A stretch of 53,570 nt of DNA from an uncultured Veillonellaceae bacterium (GTDB lineage Bacteria; Bacillota; Negativicutes; UBA1444). The stretch lies in NCBI GenBank assembly GCA_964579955.1, contig CAZOJA010000001.1, forward strand, positions 1-53,570, in the 5' to 3' direction. A program made the position numbers and the translations under genes. Under the pieces are notes generated by a model that saw nothing but the letters and a program-made list of their open reading frames with translations, was not told the origin of the DNA and searched no databases. Shown here piece after piece: positions 24,949 to 36,375 of the stretch (its first letter is position 1; each line of letters begins with the position of its first letter).

Positions 24949-25985
24949 TCGCTATCGTCTTCCGTTTCCTCGGTGCTCGTTGTCAGAGCAACCAATTTGC
25001 CCATGGCGGCTTCACGGATCTTCGTTTCCAGTTCATCCGCCAGTTGAGGATTCTTGCGCAAGAATTCCTTCACATTTTCGCGGCCTTGTCCCAAACGGCT
25101 GTCTTTGTAGGAATACCATGCGCCACTCTTGTTGAACAGCTCCATTTCAGTCGCCAAGTCGACAATGCTGCCTTCACGTGAAATACCTTCACCGAAGATG
25201 ATATCGAATTCAGCCTGACGAAACGGCGGCGCGACCTTGTTTTTCACGACCTTCACCCTGGTTCGGTTGCCAATGACATTGTTGTCGGCTTTGATGCTAT
25301 CGATGCGTCTTACATCAAGGCGAACGCTGGCGTAAAATTTCAGCGCCCGACCGCCGGTGGTGGTTTCGGGATTACCGAACATCACGCCGACTTTTTCCCT
25401 CAACTGGTTGATAAAAATCGCCGTCGTCTTCGATTTCGAAATGATGCCGGTCAATTTGCGCAAAGCTTGCGACATCAGCCGCGCATGCAGTCCGACATGC
25501 GAATCCCCCATGTCTCCCTCGATTTCCGCCTTGGGGACCAAGGCAGCCACTGAGTCGACGACGATTACATCGATGGCGCCGCTGCGTACCAAAGCATCAG
25601 CGATCTCCAACGCCTGTTCGCCATAATCGGGCTGGGAAATCAGCAAGTTATCGATGTCCACGCCGAGTTTTCGCGCATACATCGGATCGAGCGCATGCTC
25701 TGCGTCGATGAAAGCGGCAACGCCACCTGCACGCTGCGCCTGGGCGATGATTTGCAGGGCCACCGTCGTTTTACCGGACGATTCCGGTCCAAAGATTTCC
25801 ACCACGCGTCCACGTGGGACGCCGCCGATTCCCAACGCAATATCCAGTCCCAATGAACCGGTCGGAATGTACTCCACGTTCATCCTTGAGGCTGCTTCGC
25901 CCAGCTTCCAGATCGAACCTTTGCCAAAATCCTTCTCGATCTGATGCAGTGCGCTGTCCAGGGCTTTGCTTTTTTCCTTTTCCAT
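24945..25985 (-). CDS. recA: Recombinase RecA
   Basis: The start is set to ATG 25985 (SD AGAGGAGG). Has Walker [10 protein letters not shown] and a canonical RecA core. The longer ORF (to 26069) would run through its own promoter. Confidence 0.97.
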   Translation of the reverse strand: MEKEKSKALDSALHQIEKDFGKGSIWKLGEAASRMNVEYIPTGSLGLDIALGIGGVPRGRVVEIFGPESSGKTTVALQIIAQAQRAGGVAAFIDAEHALDPMYARKLGVDIDNLLISQPDYGEQALEIADALVRSGAIDVIVVDSVAALVPKAEIEGDMGDSHVGLHARLMSQALRKLTGIISKSKTTAIFINQLREKVGVMFGNPETTTGGRALKFYASVRLDVRRIDSIKADNNVIGNRTRVKVVKNKVAPPFRQAEFDIIFGEGISREGSIVDLATEMELFNKSGAWYSYKDSRLGQGRENVKEFLRKNPQLADELETKIREAAMGKLVALTTSTEETEDDSE

Positions 25986-26028
25986 GAGTTGGCCTCCTCT
26001 TTTGAGTGACACTTGATGGTTCAATGCC

Positions 26029-26057
26029 ATTATACAAACATATGTTCCTATAGTCAA
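26029..26057 (-). promoter_or_regulatory. recA promoter with an embedded LexA box
   Basis: On the minus strand: TTGACT (26057..26052), a 17-nt spacer ATAGGAACATATGTTTG, TATAAT (26034..26029). The spacer contains the Cheo-type box GGAACATATGTTTG (26048..26035). Confidence 0.75.
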
Positions 26058-26075
26058 TCGAAACGACAAATTATT

Positions 26076-27314
26076 TTATTTTTGCAAATAACGACGCAAC
26101 AGATCCAATGATGAATTGACCGCCCTGTTCCTTATCGCACTGCGTTGACCGGCAAAATGTTCTTCCTCGACGATGACGCCGTGCGGCCCTGCGACCGCCA
26201 GATAGACCAATCCGACCGGTTTAGCTTCGTTGCCGCCATCCGGCCCGGCAATTCCGGTGATGCCGATCCCGATATCGGCGGCAAATCTGTCACGGATACC
26301 CTTAGCCATCGCGATCGCCGTCTCGCTACTGACAGCACCGTGTTGCAGCAGTGTTTCAGACGACACCCCGACCCAATCAGTTTTTATCCTGTTGTCATAA
26401 CAGACGACGGAGCCGATTAAATATGCGGAACTACCCGGAACGTCGGTCAATTTGGCTGTGGTTGCGCCGCCGGTGCACGATTCGGCCAGTGCCAGGGTCA
26501 GTCGCCGTTGCCGAAGCTCTTCGCCAACAACCTGCTCGAGCGATTGATCGTCCGTGCCGAAAATATACTCGTCGATATGTTCACGCAGGTCTGTCTCCAA
26601 GCCGGCGATCATGACTCTGGCTTCGTCGGCGGAGTCAGCCTTTGCGGTGAGGCGAACGTGAATTTCACCGCTACGGGCCAAGAGCGCAATCGTCGGGTTG
26701 GTTTGCGCCAGGATGAACGGACGGATCCGCTCTTCCAATATCGATTCGCCAATGCCAAACGTGCGCAATACTTTGGATACGATGATTCCCTGACCGCCAA
26801 AGCGCCCCGTCAGATAAGGCAAAATCGAATTTTCGAACATGTGTTCCAGTTCTGCCGGTGGTCCAGGCAGATGAATGATGGTTTTTTCCTCATGCTCAAT
26901 AATCACGCCCGGTGCGGTGCCACGATGATTCGTCACCACTATCGCTCCGACTGGCATCATTGCCTGGCGAAGGTTGTTGTCCGGCATGATCAGGCGACGG
27001 CGATTGAAAAAATTCCGGATATGCTCGACACTTGGTTCGTGCAGTTGCAATTGCCGTCCCAGCAGTTCGGCGGACACTTCTTTGGTGATATCGCCCTGGG
27101 TCGGTCCCAGACCGCCGCTGGTGATCAGCACGTCGGCCCGGTCCAGTGCAATCGAAAATACATTGGCCATACGGCGACGATTGTCACCGACCGTAGTCTG
27201 ATAGACGGCATCAAAGCCAAGTTCATTCAATTTTCGGGCCAGATAGGGAGCGTTCGTGTTCACGATCTGTCCCAGCAGCAATTCGGTGCCAGTACTGACG
27301 ATTTCTACGATCAT
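26076..27314 (-). CDS. cinA: Competence/damage-inducible protein CinA (MoCF-like domain + NMN deamidase PncC domain)
   Basis: 412 aa. N-terminus MIVEIVSTGTELLLGQIVNTNAPYLA, and C-terminal CinA domain (ESCTGG...). Confidence 0.9.
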   Translation of the reverse strand: MIVEIVSTGTELLLGQIVNTNAPYLARKLNELGFDAVYQTTVGDNRRRMANVFSIALDRADVLITSGGLGPTQGDITKEVSAELLGRQLQLHEPSVEHIRNFFNRRRLIMPDNNLRQAMMPVGAIVVTNHRGTAPGVIIEHEEKTIIHLPGPPAELEHMFENSILPYLTGRFGGQGIIVSKVLRTFGIGESILEERIRPFILAQTNPTIALLARSGEIHVRLTAKADSADEARVMIAGLETDLREHIDEYIFGTDDQSLEQVVGEELRQRRLTLALAESCTGGATTAKLTDVPGSSAYLIGSVVCYDNRIKTDWVGVSSETLLQHGAVSSETAIAMAKGIRDRFAADIGIGITGIAGPDGGNEAKPVGLVYLAVAGPHGVIVEEEHFAGQRSAIRNRAVNSSLDLLRRYLQK

Positions 27315-27341
27315 GCTTGTTTCCAGTCCTTTCTGCGGTTG

Positions 27342-28670
27342 CTAATCGATGACCTCGGCCATCCGGTCATAACAAAAACCTTGCAGGATGCGAACGTTGA
27401 CAAATGAGCCGACCGCTATCGCGGCAGCATTCTCGATATATACCGTTCCGTCGATATCCGGCGCTTCCCTGCCGGTGCGTCCGTGTGCCAGCGAACTGTC
27501 TTCCGCGTCGTGCGCTTCCACGATCGCCTCGTAAGTCTTTCCTTCCGCAGCTTGGTTGATTTCTTCAGAAATCGCCGCCTGAACCGCCATCAGATCGTCG
27601 TAACGGTCCTCTTTCACCTCTTCAGGGATTTGATCGGCAAAACCGGCCGCCGCGGTGCCTTCTTCCGGTGAATATACAAAAACCCCCACATGATCCAGAC
27701 GCTTTTCCTCGACGAATTCGCGCAGTTCTTGATAATGCTCGTCTGATTCGCCTGGCAGGCCAACGATGAACGTGGTCCGGATGGCAACATCAGGGATGGC
27801 CGCACGCAAGCTGGCAATCAAATGTTCGATATCCTTGCGCCTGTCCGGTCGACGCATTGCCCGCAGCAGGTCATCGTGCACATGCTGCAGCGGGATGTCG
27901 ACATATTTGCATATTTTCGGTTCACTGGCCATCAGTTGGATCAGTTCCGACGAAAAATTTTTCGGATAACTGTAGAGAATCCGTAGCCAAAACTTACCTT
28001 CGACAGCGCAAAGCGCTCGCAGTAAATCGACCAACCGGGGCCGGCCGTACAGGTCGATGCCATAACTTGTTGTATCCTGGGCGACCAGGTTGATTTCCCT
28101 TACCCCTTCCGCGACCAATTGGACTACTTCCTGCCGGATCGATTCGATCGAACGGCTGACCAAAGGTCCGCGAATCTGTGGAATCGCGCAGAACGCACAG
28201 CTGTGGTCGCAGCCTTCGGCTATCTTGACATAGGCCAGATGGGCCGGTGTGGACCTTATCCGCGGCATTGCTGCATCAGGCAGGATGGAATTCCCTTCAG
28301 CGAATATGCTGCGCGTTCCCTGCAAAGCAGCTTGAATCGCTTCTGGCAGGCGATCCCAGGCGCCGGTTCCGACGATGGCATCAATCTCCGGCAGCTCTTC
28401 CAGCAGGTCGCCGCTGTATCGTTGGCCAAGGCAACCCGCCAGAATCAGGACTCGGCAACTGCCGGTCCTTTTATATTCGGCCAGTTGCAATACGGTATCA
28501 ATCGATTCTCTTTTGGCTGACTCGATAAAACCGCAGGAATTCACAATAAGCACCTCAGCCTGTGCCAGTTCGTCGGTGGCTAGATAGCCGGAAGAGCGCA
28601 ATGCACCCAGCATCAGCTCCGAGTCCACCAGATTCTTTGAACAACCTAGACTGACTAAACCAATTTTCAC
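27342..28670 (-). CDS. rimO: Ribosomal protein S12 methylthiotransferase RimO
   Basis: MTTase N-domain (SLGCSKN), radical-SAM CDHSCAFC and a TRAM domain. Confidence 0.93.
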   Translation of the reverse strand: MKIGLVSLGCSKNLVDSELMLGALRSSGYLATDELAQAEVLIVNSCGFIESAKRESIDTVLQLAEYKRTGSCRVLILAGCLGQRYSGDLLEELPEIDAIVGTGAWDRLPEAIQAALQGTRSIFAEGNSILPDAAMPRIRSTPAHLAYVKIAEGCDHSCAFCAIPQIRGPLVSRSIESIRQEVVQLVAEGVREINLVAQDTTSYGIDLYGRPRLVDLLRALCAVEGKFWLRILYSYPKNFSSELIQLMASEPKICKYVDIPLQHVHDDLLRAMRRPDRRKDIEHLIASLRAAIPDVAIRTTFIVGLPGESDEHYQELREFVEEKRLDHVGVFVYSPEEGTAAAGFADQIPEEVKEDRYDDLMAVQAAISEEINQAAEGKTYEAIVEAHDAEDSSLAHGRTGREAPDIDGTVYIENAAAIAVGSFVNVRILQGFCYDRMAEVID

Positions 28671-28701
28671 GAAATTCTACTCCTTCTGTCCCTCGATGTT
28701 G

Positions 28702-30573
28702 CTACTTTCGTTTATGGGAACGCTTCGGTTTATGGGGCGCGGATGGTTGGGTGGCTGGACTTGGGGTCGACCGTTCAGGGCGCAACAAACATTTAGGACC
28801 GAAGCCGATCAGGTCATTGCGGCCGGCCTTTCGCAAAGCCACCGCGACAGCTCGCCGGTTCTTCGGATGACGGAATTGCAGTAGGGCGCGCTGCGCCTGC
28901 CGCTGTTCCGGCGTTCTGGCGATGAAGAGCGGTTTGCCTGTCAACGGATGAATCCCGCTATGGTACATCGCCGTCGACAGACTGCCGGGCGTAGGAATGA
29001 ACTCCTGCACTTGCTCCGGATGATAGCCGATGTCGCGCAGAAACTCAGCCAGCTCGATCGCATCATCGACGGTACTGCCAGGATGGGCGCACATCAGATA
29101 AGGAACCAGGTATTGTTCTTTGCCCAGCCGTTCGTTTTCCTGACGAAACGCCGTCAAAAAACGCAGAAAAACATCCTTGCCCGATTTCTGCATCGCTTCG
29201 GTCACCGGCCCGGCGACATGCTCCGGCGCAACCTTGAGTTGACCACTGACATGGTGTTCGCATAGTTCGTGCAAGAAGTCGCGGTTTTTGCCGGCCAAAA
29301 GATAATCGTAACGGATACCTGAGCGGATAAACACCTTTTTGATTCCGGGCAGTGCCCGCAATTGCCGCAACAAGCCAAGATAGTCAGAATGATCGGCATC
29401 CAGTTTTGGACAGGGCTTGGGAAACAGGCACTGACGCTCGCGACAGGCGCCTTCCCGCAGTTGTTTGTCGCAGGCGGGATGACGGAAATTGGCGGTCGGA
29501 CCGCCGACGTCATGAATATAACCTTTGAATGACGGTAACCTGGTGAAAAGTTGCGCTTCCTGCAAAATCGATTTGTGGCTGCGCTGCTGGATGATCCGTC
29601 CCTGATGCGAGCCGATGGCGCAGAACGAGCAGGCGCCGAAACAACCTCGGTGACTTGTGATGCTGAACTGGACCTCTTCGATCGCCGGTACGCCGCCCAG
29701 CTCGTCATAACTGGGGTGCCAGGCTCGTTCATACGGCAATGAATATATCCGGTCCATCTCTTTGGTATCCAGTGGAAAGGCGGGGATATTCTGGACCAGA
29801 AACCGTTCCCCGTGAGGCTGGACGACAGGACGGCCGCGAATCGGGTCCTGTTCCAGATATTGTGTTTTAAAGGCAGCGGCATAGTCTGTCTTATTGGCGG
29901 CTACTTGTTCGTATGAAGCGATTTCCAATGAATCTGCCGGCAAGTCTGCACGGTCGCCGGTCAGCCAGCAGGTTCCGTTTATATCGCGTATTTCTTTGAT
30001 CGGCTGCCCCTGCTCTAGTTTTTCGGCGACCGCAACGATTTGCCGTTCTCCCATTCCGTAAATCAGCAGGTCTGCTTTGCTGTCGACCAGGATGGAACGA
30101 CGGACCGCATCCGACCAGTAGTCATAATGGGCAAACCGCCGCAAACTGGCTTCGATGCCGCCGATGATCACCGGCATATCCGGCCAGCATTCGCGGATTC
30201 GATTGGCGTAGACTATGGTGGCCCTGTCTGGTCGCAGACCGGCTTTACCACCGGGAGAATAGGCGTCGGTGCTGCGGATTTTCTTGGCCGCCGTAAATTT
30301 GTTCAGCATGGAGTCGAGGTTGCCTGCAGAAATCAGCACACCCAACCTCGGCCGGCCCAGTCGTTTAAAATCGGCTGTATTCTGCCAATTCGGCTGCGCG
30401 ACGATTCCAACACGAAAACCAGCCTTCTCCAGCAAACGAGTGATGATTGCCGGACCAAAGCTGGGATGATCAACGTATGCATCGCCGCTGACAAAAAGGA
30501 AATCGAGTTGAGTCCAGCCCCGCTCGGCCATGTCGGCCGGAGAAACAGGCAAAAAGCCTCGTTTTGCTTTCAC
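28702..30573 (-). CDS. YgiQ-family (UPF0313) radical SAM protein
   Basis: 623 aa. N-terminus FLPVS..DM..RGW.QLDF..VSGDAYVDHPSFG, CFGACSFC cluster motif and a basic C-terminal tail. Confidence 0.85.
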   Translation of the reverse strand: MKAKRGFLPVSPADMAERGWTQLDFLFVSGDAYVDHPSFGPAIITRLLEKAGFRVGIVAQPNWQNTADFKRLGRPRLGVLISAGNLDSMLNKFTAAKKIRSTDAYSPGGKAGLRPDRATIVYANRIRECWPDMPVIIGGIEASLRRFAHYDYWSDAVRRSILVDSKADLLIYGMGERQIVAVAEKLEQGQPIKEIRDINGTCWLTGDRADLPADSLEIASYEQVAANKTDYAAAFKTQYLEQDPIRGRPVVQPHGERFLVQNIPAFPLDTKEMDRIYSLPYERAWHPSYDELGGVPAIEEVQFSITSHRGCFGACSFCAIGSHQGRIIQQRSHKSILQEAQLFTRLPSFKGYIHDVGGPTANFRHPACDKQLREGACRERQCLFPKPCPKLDADHSDYLGLLRQLRALPGIKKVFIRSGIRYDYLLAGKNRDFLHELCEHHVSGQLKVAPEHVAGPVTEAMQKSGKDVFLRFLTAFRQENERLGKEQYLVPYLMCAHPGSTVDDAIELAEFLRDIGYHPEQVQEFIPTPGSLSTAMYHSGIHPLTGKPLFIARTPEQRQAQRALLQFRHPKNRRAVAVALRKAGRNDLIGFGPKCLLRPERSTPSPATQPSAPHKPKRSHKRK

Positions 30574-30574
30574 G

Positions 30575-31330
30575 TCAAGGCCTGACTGTCGGCGCAGTGA
30601 ATGTTTTTACCACCACATCGCCGCGCTCGCCGATTTTTCCAACAGATTGGCCGTTGAAGGTCAGCTCCACCGCGCCCGCATTGCCGAAATTGACGACCAT
30701 TTGACGATCGGCCTGCCAGGTCAACACTTCATCCAGTTTCGGAACGCCTTCGTAAATCGATTTTCCGTCAGCAATCACCGAAGTCCAGCAGCGGTCGCTA
30801 TAGCGTGCAATCAGGGTAATCGGCCGGTTCACGGCAGGAATTGTCGTTGCTGGGCCCACTGATGGGCCGGTCACAGCCTGTTGCGCGACAGGGGTGGTTG
30901 AGGGTCTGGCGGCTGGCGCGCCGGATTTGGACGACGAAGGTTCTGTGGGGGAAGATTTTTGCCATGCATACAAGCCCCAGGCGGAAAGCGCCAAGAGCAG
31001 AACGATTACGATGGAACTGATCATTTGCCGCCGCGAACTTTTCTTGCGAGATGACTCGATTTTTGCCGCCACGGTCGGCGGTGCGGCAGCTGCTTCGCTT
31101 TGCAGCGCATCATTGTAGAGCTGTACCAGATGCGCGCCGTCCAAGCCGAGATAATTGCCGTAATTACGAATAAATCCTTTTACGTATACGTCGCCAGGCA
31201 ACGCCGAATAGCGCCCTTCTTCCAGCGCCGCCAGATATGCGGCCCGAATTCCGGTCGTATGTTCGACATCGATGATTTCAAGCCCCTTTTTTTTACGTTC
31301 GCTGGCAAGCAAGTTGCCGATCATGTCCAT
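30575..31330 (-). CDS. RodZ-like cytoskeleton protein (XRE HTH + TM + DUF4115-like C-domain)
   Basis: N-terminal HTH (LASERKKKGLEIIDVEHTTGIRAAYLAALEEG), a TM (IVIVLLLALSAWGLYAW) and a C-terminal beta-rich domain. Confidence 0.75.
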   Translation of the reverse strand: MDMIGNLLASERKKKGLEIIDVEHTTGIRAAYLAALEEGRYSALPGDVYVKGFIRNYGNYLGLDGAHLVQLYNDALQSEAAAAPPTVAAKIESSRKKSSRRQMISSIVIVLLLALSAWGLYAWQKSSPTEPSSSKSGAPAARPSTTPVAQQAVTGPSVGPATTIPAVNRPITLIARYSDRCWTSVIADGKSIYEGVPKLDEVLTWQADRQMVVNFGNAGAVELTFNGQSVGKIGERGDVVVKTFTAPTVRP

Positions 31331-31338
31331 ATACTCCC

Positions 31339-32388
31339 CTACCCCCTTGTGAGACAGTCCAAATGTTTCACAATCTGGTCCGCTGCCACGGACAGGTCCT
31401 CGCCGTCCACCACCAGCACGAACTGTTCTGCGGTTGCGGTTTCATATCCGTATAGCGGGTCGTAATATTCTTCTAACAGTGTTTCGGTGACATGCAATAA
31501 ATTCCCTGCCGCATAATCCGCCAATAATTGCGAGATTCGTTTCTTGCCCAGCTTTTTACCCAACGATGCCATGCTGGCGGCAATTTCCGGGTTGTTGTCG
31601 CCCAGACTGTCGGTATATTCTGCGATCAGGCGCTGGGCTCGGGTGTTGCGGCTGGCCCGTATCAAGATCTTACGCGCAGTTTGCATGGAGGAATGCAATG
31701 ATTCCGGCAGATAAACATTTCCCACCCGCTTGCTTTCACACTCGACGAAAAGACAGGGCTGACTGTTGCATTCGGTTAAAGCCTGCAACAGTTCTGCATC
31801 GAAGTTTTGCGCGGTAGCCGGCTTTCCGAGCCCAACGTGGCCGAACGCCGAACCTCGGTGATTGGCCAGTCCTTCGAGGTCGATCACCGGGACCCCCCGT
31901 TCCGCCAGCAACTTTAATAAAATTGTCTTGCCAACGCCGGTCGAGCCGCAGAGGACATACAGCTGCGGCTGCAATGAAAACGAGGCCAGAGCGTCCTGCA
32001 CGTGACGGCGGTACGCTTTGTAGCCTCCTTGTAGCTGCGCGCCACGAACTCCCATCAGTTCGAGCACGGTCAGCAAGGATTTCGATCGCATGCCGCCCCG
32101 CCAACAGTAAACGACCAGCGAAGCCGCAGGGTCAGCATTTGTCAGGTCGGTGATGCGTTCGACCATATTGGCGAGTTTGCCGGATACGATTTGCAGCCCT
32201 TTGCGTTTGGCCAGTTCAGGCCCGTCCTGTTTGTATAGGGTGCCAACGATTGCCCGTTCATCGTTTTCTAGCAGCGGCACATTCACTGAGCCGGGGATAT
32301 GACCTTGTTCGTATTCTGCCGGTGAACGGGTATCGATGATTATGGAGCGCGGCAGAGCCAGCGCCTGTTCGATGGTAATAATCTGCAT
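31339..32388 (-). CDS. selU: tRNA 2-selenouridine synthase
   Basis: Rhodanese domain with CWRGGMRS, Walker A GSTGVGKT, and about 349 aa as in SelU/MnmH. Confidence 0.85.
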   Translation of the reverse strand: MQIITIEQALALPRSIIIDTRSPAEYEQGHIPGSVNVPLLENDERAIVGTLYKQDGPELAKRKGLQIVSGKLANMVERITDLTNADPAASLVVYCWRGGMRSKSLLTVLELMGVRGAQLQGGYKAYRRHVQDALASFSLQPQLYVLCGSTGVGKTILLKLLAERGVPVIDLEGLANHRGSAFGHVGLGKPATAQNFDAELLQALTECNSQPCLFVECESKRVGNVYLPESLHSSMQTARKILIRASRNTRAQRLIAEYTDSLGDNNPEIAASMASLGKKLGKKRISQLLADYAAGNLLHVTETLLEEYYDPLYGYETATAEQFVLVVDGEDLSVAADQIVKHLDCLTRG

Positions 32389-32397
32389 TCTTGTCCC

Positions 32398-34668
32398 CTA
32401 TGTCTGTTGAGATGTCGTCTGGTTGGCGGAGTTCTTCTGGAAATAGCGACTGAATACCTGGTCGGAGTTCATGATAACTTCACGGGGTTTGCTGCCGTTG
32501 GCTGCGCTGACGATTTGCATTTCCTGCATCATATCGACCAAGCGGGCTGCCCGGGTATAGCCGATGCGGAATTTTCGCTGCAATAGCGAAACTGATGCCT
32601 GACCCGTCTCAAGCACTAGACGTACGGATTCTTCCAGCAGTTCGTCCTCAAACCGGGCTGTGGAACTATGGCTTGCCATTTCTTCAAACAACGGCGCTTC
32701 CACTTCTTCCACCTTGGCGGTCGATTCCTTGATCGATTTGACCAATGTTTCGATTTCCGCGTCAGCGATATAAGCGCCCTGCAATCGCAGCGGCTTGCTT
32801 GCACCGATCGGATAATACAACATATCGCCTTTGCCGAGCAATTTTTCGGCTCCGGCCATATCGAGGATCGTGCGTGAGTCGATTTGAGAGGAAACCGAAA
32901 ATGAAATGCGTGAGGGGATGTTCGCCTTGATCGTGCCGGTAATGACGTCGACAGAGGGCCGTTGCGTCGCAATGACCAGATGTATGCCCGAAGCCCTGGC
33001 CATTTGCGCCAATCGGCAGATCGAATCTTCCACATCGACCGGTGCGACCATCATCAAATCGGCGAGCTCGTCAATAATCACGACAATCAAAGGCAAGCGC
33101 TCTTCGGGATTGATTTCATTGTAACGGGTCACATCCCGCGCTCCTGCCGCAGCAAACAGGGCATATCGACGCTCCATCTCCTGCACGGTCCATTTTAGCG
33201 CGGAAGCTGCTTTCTTCGGCTCGGTGACCACCGGTGCGACCAAATGCGGAATACCGTTGTAGTTTGACAACTCGACGACTTTCGGGTCAATCAGCAAAAA
33301 TTTGACGCTATCCGGATGGGCACGAAACAAGATGCTGGAAATCAGGATATTGATACAAATGCTCTTGCCGGAACCGGTAGCGCCAGCCACCAGCAAATGC
33401 GGCATTTTTGCCAGATCGGCCATGATTGACTGTCCCCCGATGTCTTTGCCCAGCGCGACAGTCAATAAGGAAGTCGAGGCCTGATATTCAGGCGACTCCA
33501 ATACTTCACGCAGGGATACGCCAAATACCTCCCGGTTGGGGACTTCGATGCCGATGACGGATTTGCCGGGAATCGGCGCTTCGATCCGGATACTTGGCGC
33601 TGCCAGCTTCAGGGCGATATCATCGGACAGGCTGACAATTCGGCTGATTTTGACGCCGGGCGCCGGCTCCAGTTCATAACGCGTAACGGCCGGACCCTGC
33701 GTTGCATGCACGACATGAGTCTGGATGCCGAAGCTTTCCAACGTCTGTTCCAGTGTGCGGGCGTTCTCGGTGATTTCCCTGTCCAGTCGATTGTTGCGTC
33801 CGGCTGAAGCTTTTTTGAGTATCGATAAAGGGGGGATTTTATATCTGGCAGAGGTCGGTGTAGGAACGGGTTGTAATGCCGCTGTTTCCAGCGGCGCCGG
33901 CTCTGCGGGCGGAGTAGGTCGGACTGGCGTTGCAACCGGTTCGGCAGGCGGCGCTTCGATTTGTCGCTCGACTTTACGTTCTGGGCTTTCTGGAGTCGAT
34001 ACGTTTAGTCGCAACGCTTCATCCCGCTCTTGGTCGTAAAACGATGGTCTGAGCGCCGGTTTAAGGCTCTCTTTTACAGGCAGTGGAGTCGATAAGGCAG
34101 ACAATTTGGCAGAAGGTTTCTCTTCCGCAGGCTTGGCGCTGCGCCGGCCCATCAGATCCGCCGCTTTGGATTTCAGGTTGTCAAAAAAGGCGGATAGGGA
34201 AAACCGGGTTGCCATTAATAACGAACAAATAATGCAGGCCACCAGAAAGATGGTGGTGCCATCAGTAGCCAAAAAACGTCGCAACAGGATTACGACAAAA
34301 CCGCCGACCAGTCCGCCGCCGATCGGCAGACGGTCCGGCAATATTTCCTGGCCTGGCGCGGTATTGAAATGATGATACAGCGACAATGCCGACAGAAAAG
34401 TCAACAGATAGCCTAAGAAACGCAGTGAAAAGATGATGTGCGAATGGGCCGTGACATAACGCAGGCCGATGAGAAACAGGATAACCGCAATTCCGGCTGC
34501 TCCGACACCGAACCCGTAGCGGGCGGCTTTGGCGACAAAGTAGCCGACCCTGCCCACGCTATAGTCAAGCAGGCCTGCCGCCAAGAGCAGCGCCATAGCT
34601 ATCACTGCTACGCCGATGATTTCAAATTTCAGTCCGGATGCTGGGGCTTTCCCCTGGTTTTTCGGCAA
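32398..34668 (-). CDS. ftsK: DNA translocase FtsK/SpoIIIE
   Basis: N-terminal TMs, a P/A/E-rich linker, Walker A GATGSGKS and a C-terminal gamma wHTH ([18 protein letters not shown]). Confidence 0.93.
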   Translation of the reverse strand: MPKNQGKAPASGLKFEIIGVAVIAMALLLAAGLLDYSVGRVGYFVAKAARYGFGVGAAGIAVILFLIGLRYVTAHSHIIFSLRFLGYLLTFLSALSLYHHFNTAPGQEILPDRLPIGGGLVGGFVVILLRRFLATDGTTIFLVACIICSLLMATRFSLSAFFDNLKSKAADLMGRRSAKPAEEKPSAKLSALSTPLPVKESLKPALRPSFYDQERDEALRLNVSTPESPERKVERQIEAPPAEPVATPVRPTPPAEPAPLETAALQPVPTPTSARYKIPPLSILKKASAGRNNRLDREITENARTLEQTLESFGIQTHVVHATQGPAVTRYELEPAPGVKISRIVSLSDDIALKLAAPSIRIEAPIPGKSVIGIEVPNREVFGVSLREVLESPEYQASTSLLTVALGKDIGGQSIMADLAKMPHLLVAGATGSGKSICINILISSILFRAHPDSVKFLLIDPKVVELSNYNGIPHLVAPVVTEPKKAASALKWTVQEMERRYALFAAAGARDVTRYNEINPEERLPLIVVIIDELADLMMVAPVDVEDSICRLAQMARASGIHLVIATQRPSVDVITGTIKANIPSRISFSVSSQIDSRTILDMAGAEKLLGKGDMLYYPIGASKPLRLQGAYIADAEIETLVKSIKESTAKVEEVEAPLFEEMASHSSTARFEDELLEESVRLVLETGQASVSLLQRKFRIGYTRAARLVDMMQEMQIVSAANGSKPREVIMNSDQVFSRYFQKNSANQTTSQQT

Positions 34669-34710
34669 TAAAGCTCACCTCCGTAAAAAGAACCGAGACA
34701 TTGTCCCGGT

Positions 34711-36375
34711 TCACACCTCAAGGATGATGGGCATGATCATCGGTCGACGGCGGGTTTTCTCGTATAAAAACTTGCCGAGAATATCGCGGACGCTGTTCTT
34801 TATCGTGCCCCAGTCGGTTGTGCCATTTGCTTCGCAGCGATCCAGCGCTTCCTGGATCTTTCGCCGGGCGTCCTCCATCAGCTGTTCTGACTCACGGACG
34901 TAAACAAAGCCGCGTGATACGATTTCCGGACCGGAGACGACGCAGCCGCTTTCCTTGTCCATCGCAATCACGGCGATCAGAATACCGTCCTGGGATAGCT
35001 GACGTCGGTCACGCATCACTATGTTGCCGATATCTCCCACGCCCAGCCCGTCGACCAGCACGATTCCGGCGTTGACCTTGCCATTTATCGCGCCGGTTTC
35101 CGCTGTGAATTCCAGAACGGCACCATTGTCGGCAATAAAGATGTTCGATTTGGGAATGCCGATTTCCTGTGCCAGTTTCGCGTGAACCTTCAACATGCGG
35201 AATTCACCGTGAACCGGTATGAAGAACCTGGGCCGCACCAGGTTGAGCATCAGTTTCAGCTCTTCCTGACTGCCATGTCCCGAAACATGGATGCCGGAGG
35301 CGGAATCATAAATGACATCGGCCCCCTGTTTGAACAGATAGTCCACCGTACGAGCCACTAATTTCTCGTTGCCCGGAATCGGCGTGGCAGAAATCAAAAC
35401 GGTGTCGCCAGGCACGATTTCCACTTTACGGTGATCGGACATCGCCATACGGGTAAGCGCCGACATCGGTTCGCCCTGACTGCCGGTGGTAAGGATGACG
35501 ATCTGGTTCGGCGGATAGTTGTTGATCTCTGAAATATCGATCAACAAACCGTCGGCGACCTTCAGGTAGCCTAAATCTTTGGCAATGCCAACCACATTGA
35601 TCATGCTGCGACCGACGACCGCAACCTTGCGACCATACTTGTAGGCCGCGTCGATCGCTTGTTGCAACCGGTGCACGTTGGATGAAAAACTGGCGATGAT
35701 GATGCGGTTTTGGGCTGCCCGGAACCGTTCGTCGAACGCAGCGCCGACCGAACGTTCGCTTTTGGTGAAACCGGGCCGTTCCGCGTTGGTGCTGTCGGAA
35801 AGCATCACCAGGACGCCTTCATCCCCCAACTCGGCAAATTTGTTGAATCCGGTGACTTCGCCGTCAACCGGGGTATGGTCGATTTTGTAATCGCCGGTGT
35901 GCAGTACGATTCCAACCGGTGTTCTGATGTATATGGCGACAGAATCGGCAATACTGTGGTTAACTCGGATAAAGCCCAGTGTGAATGGGCCGACCTCTAT
36001 TTCATCCCCCGGTTTGATTGGTTGGAGATCAGCGGTCGAAATGCCCTTTTCTTTGAGTTTTCCCTGCATGATGCCCAGTGCAAGCGGCGTCCCGTAGACA
36101 GGGACCTCCAACTCTTTCAGGACATATGGCAAGGCGCCGATGTGGTCTTCGTGGCCGTGGGTAATGAATATCGCCCGGACCTTGTCCCTGTTCTCGATCA
36201 GATAACTGAAATCGGGAATCACCAGGTCGATTCCCAACATGTCGTCTTCAGGGAACATCAATCCGGCATCAATGACCACGATATCATCGCCATAACGGAA
36301 TACCGTCATGTTCTTGCCAATCTCACCCAAACCACCCAGCGGAATGATTTGTAATTTTTCCGTTTGTTTGCTCAA
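34711..36375 (-). CDS. rnj: Ribonuclease J
   Basis: The start is moved to TTG 36375 (SD AGGAGGTGA). Has metallo-beta-lactamase HGHEDHIG and a beta-CASP/RNase J C-domain. Confidence 0.93.
   Translation of the reverse strand: MSKQTEKLQIIPLGGLGEIGKNMTVFRYGDDIVVIDAGLMFPEDDMLGIDLVIPDFSYLIENRDKVRAIFITHGHEDHIGALPYVLKELEVPVYGTPLALGIMQGKLKEKGISTADLQPIKPGDEIEVGPFTLGFIRVNHSIADSVAIYIRTPVGIVLHTGDYKIDHTPVDGEVTGFNKFAELGDEGVLVMLSDSTNAERPGFTKSERSVGAAFDERFRAAQNRIIIASFSSNVHRLQQAIDAAYKYGRKVAVVGRSMINVVGIAKDLGYLKVADGLLIDISEINNYPPNQIVILTTGSQGEPMSALTRMAMSDHRKVEIVPGDTVLISATPIPGNEKLVARTVDYLFKQGADVIYDSASGIHVSGHGSQEELKLMLNLVRPRFFIPVHGEFRMLKVHAKLAQEIGIPKSNIFIADNGAVLEFTAETGAINGKVNAGIVLVDGLGVGDIGNIVMRDRRQLSQDGILIAVIAMDKESGCVVSGPEIVSRGFVYVRESEQLMEDARRKIQEALDRCEANGTTDWGTIKNSVRDILGKFLYEKTRRRPMIMPIILEV

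Noticed and set aside
25986-26069. N-terminal extensions in the ORF track: recA (to 26069), hflX (TTG 11906), orf179 (22746), the ACT protein (53076), the 2Fe-2S subunit (44124), rqcH (44909), rnj (36408), uxaC (39474), uxaE (41073), ynbB (10692), DUF4349-like (1734) and NTPase-Asp23 (21802).
   Set aside because: The extensions run through promoters, terminator hairpins, T-box elements or upstream genes. Internal starts with proper SD spacing give N-termini that match the known families.
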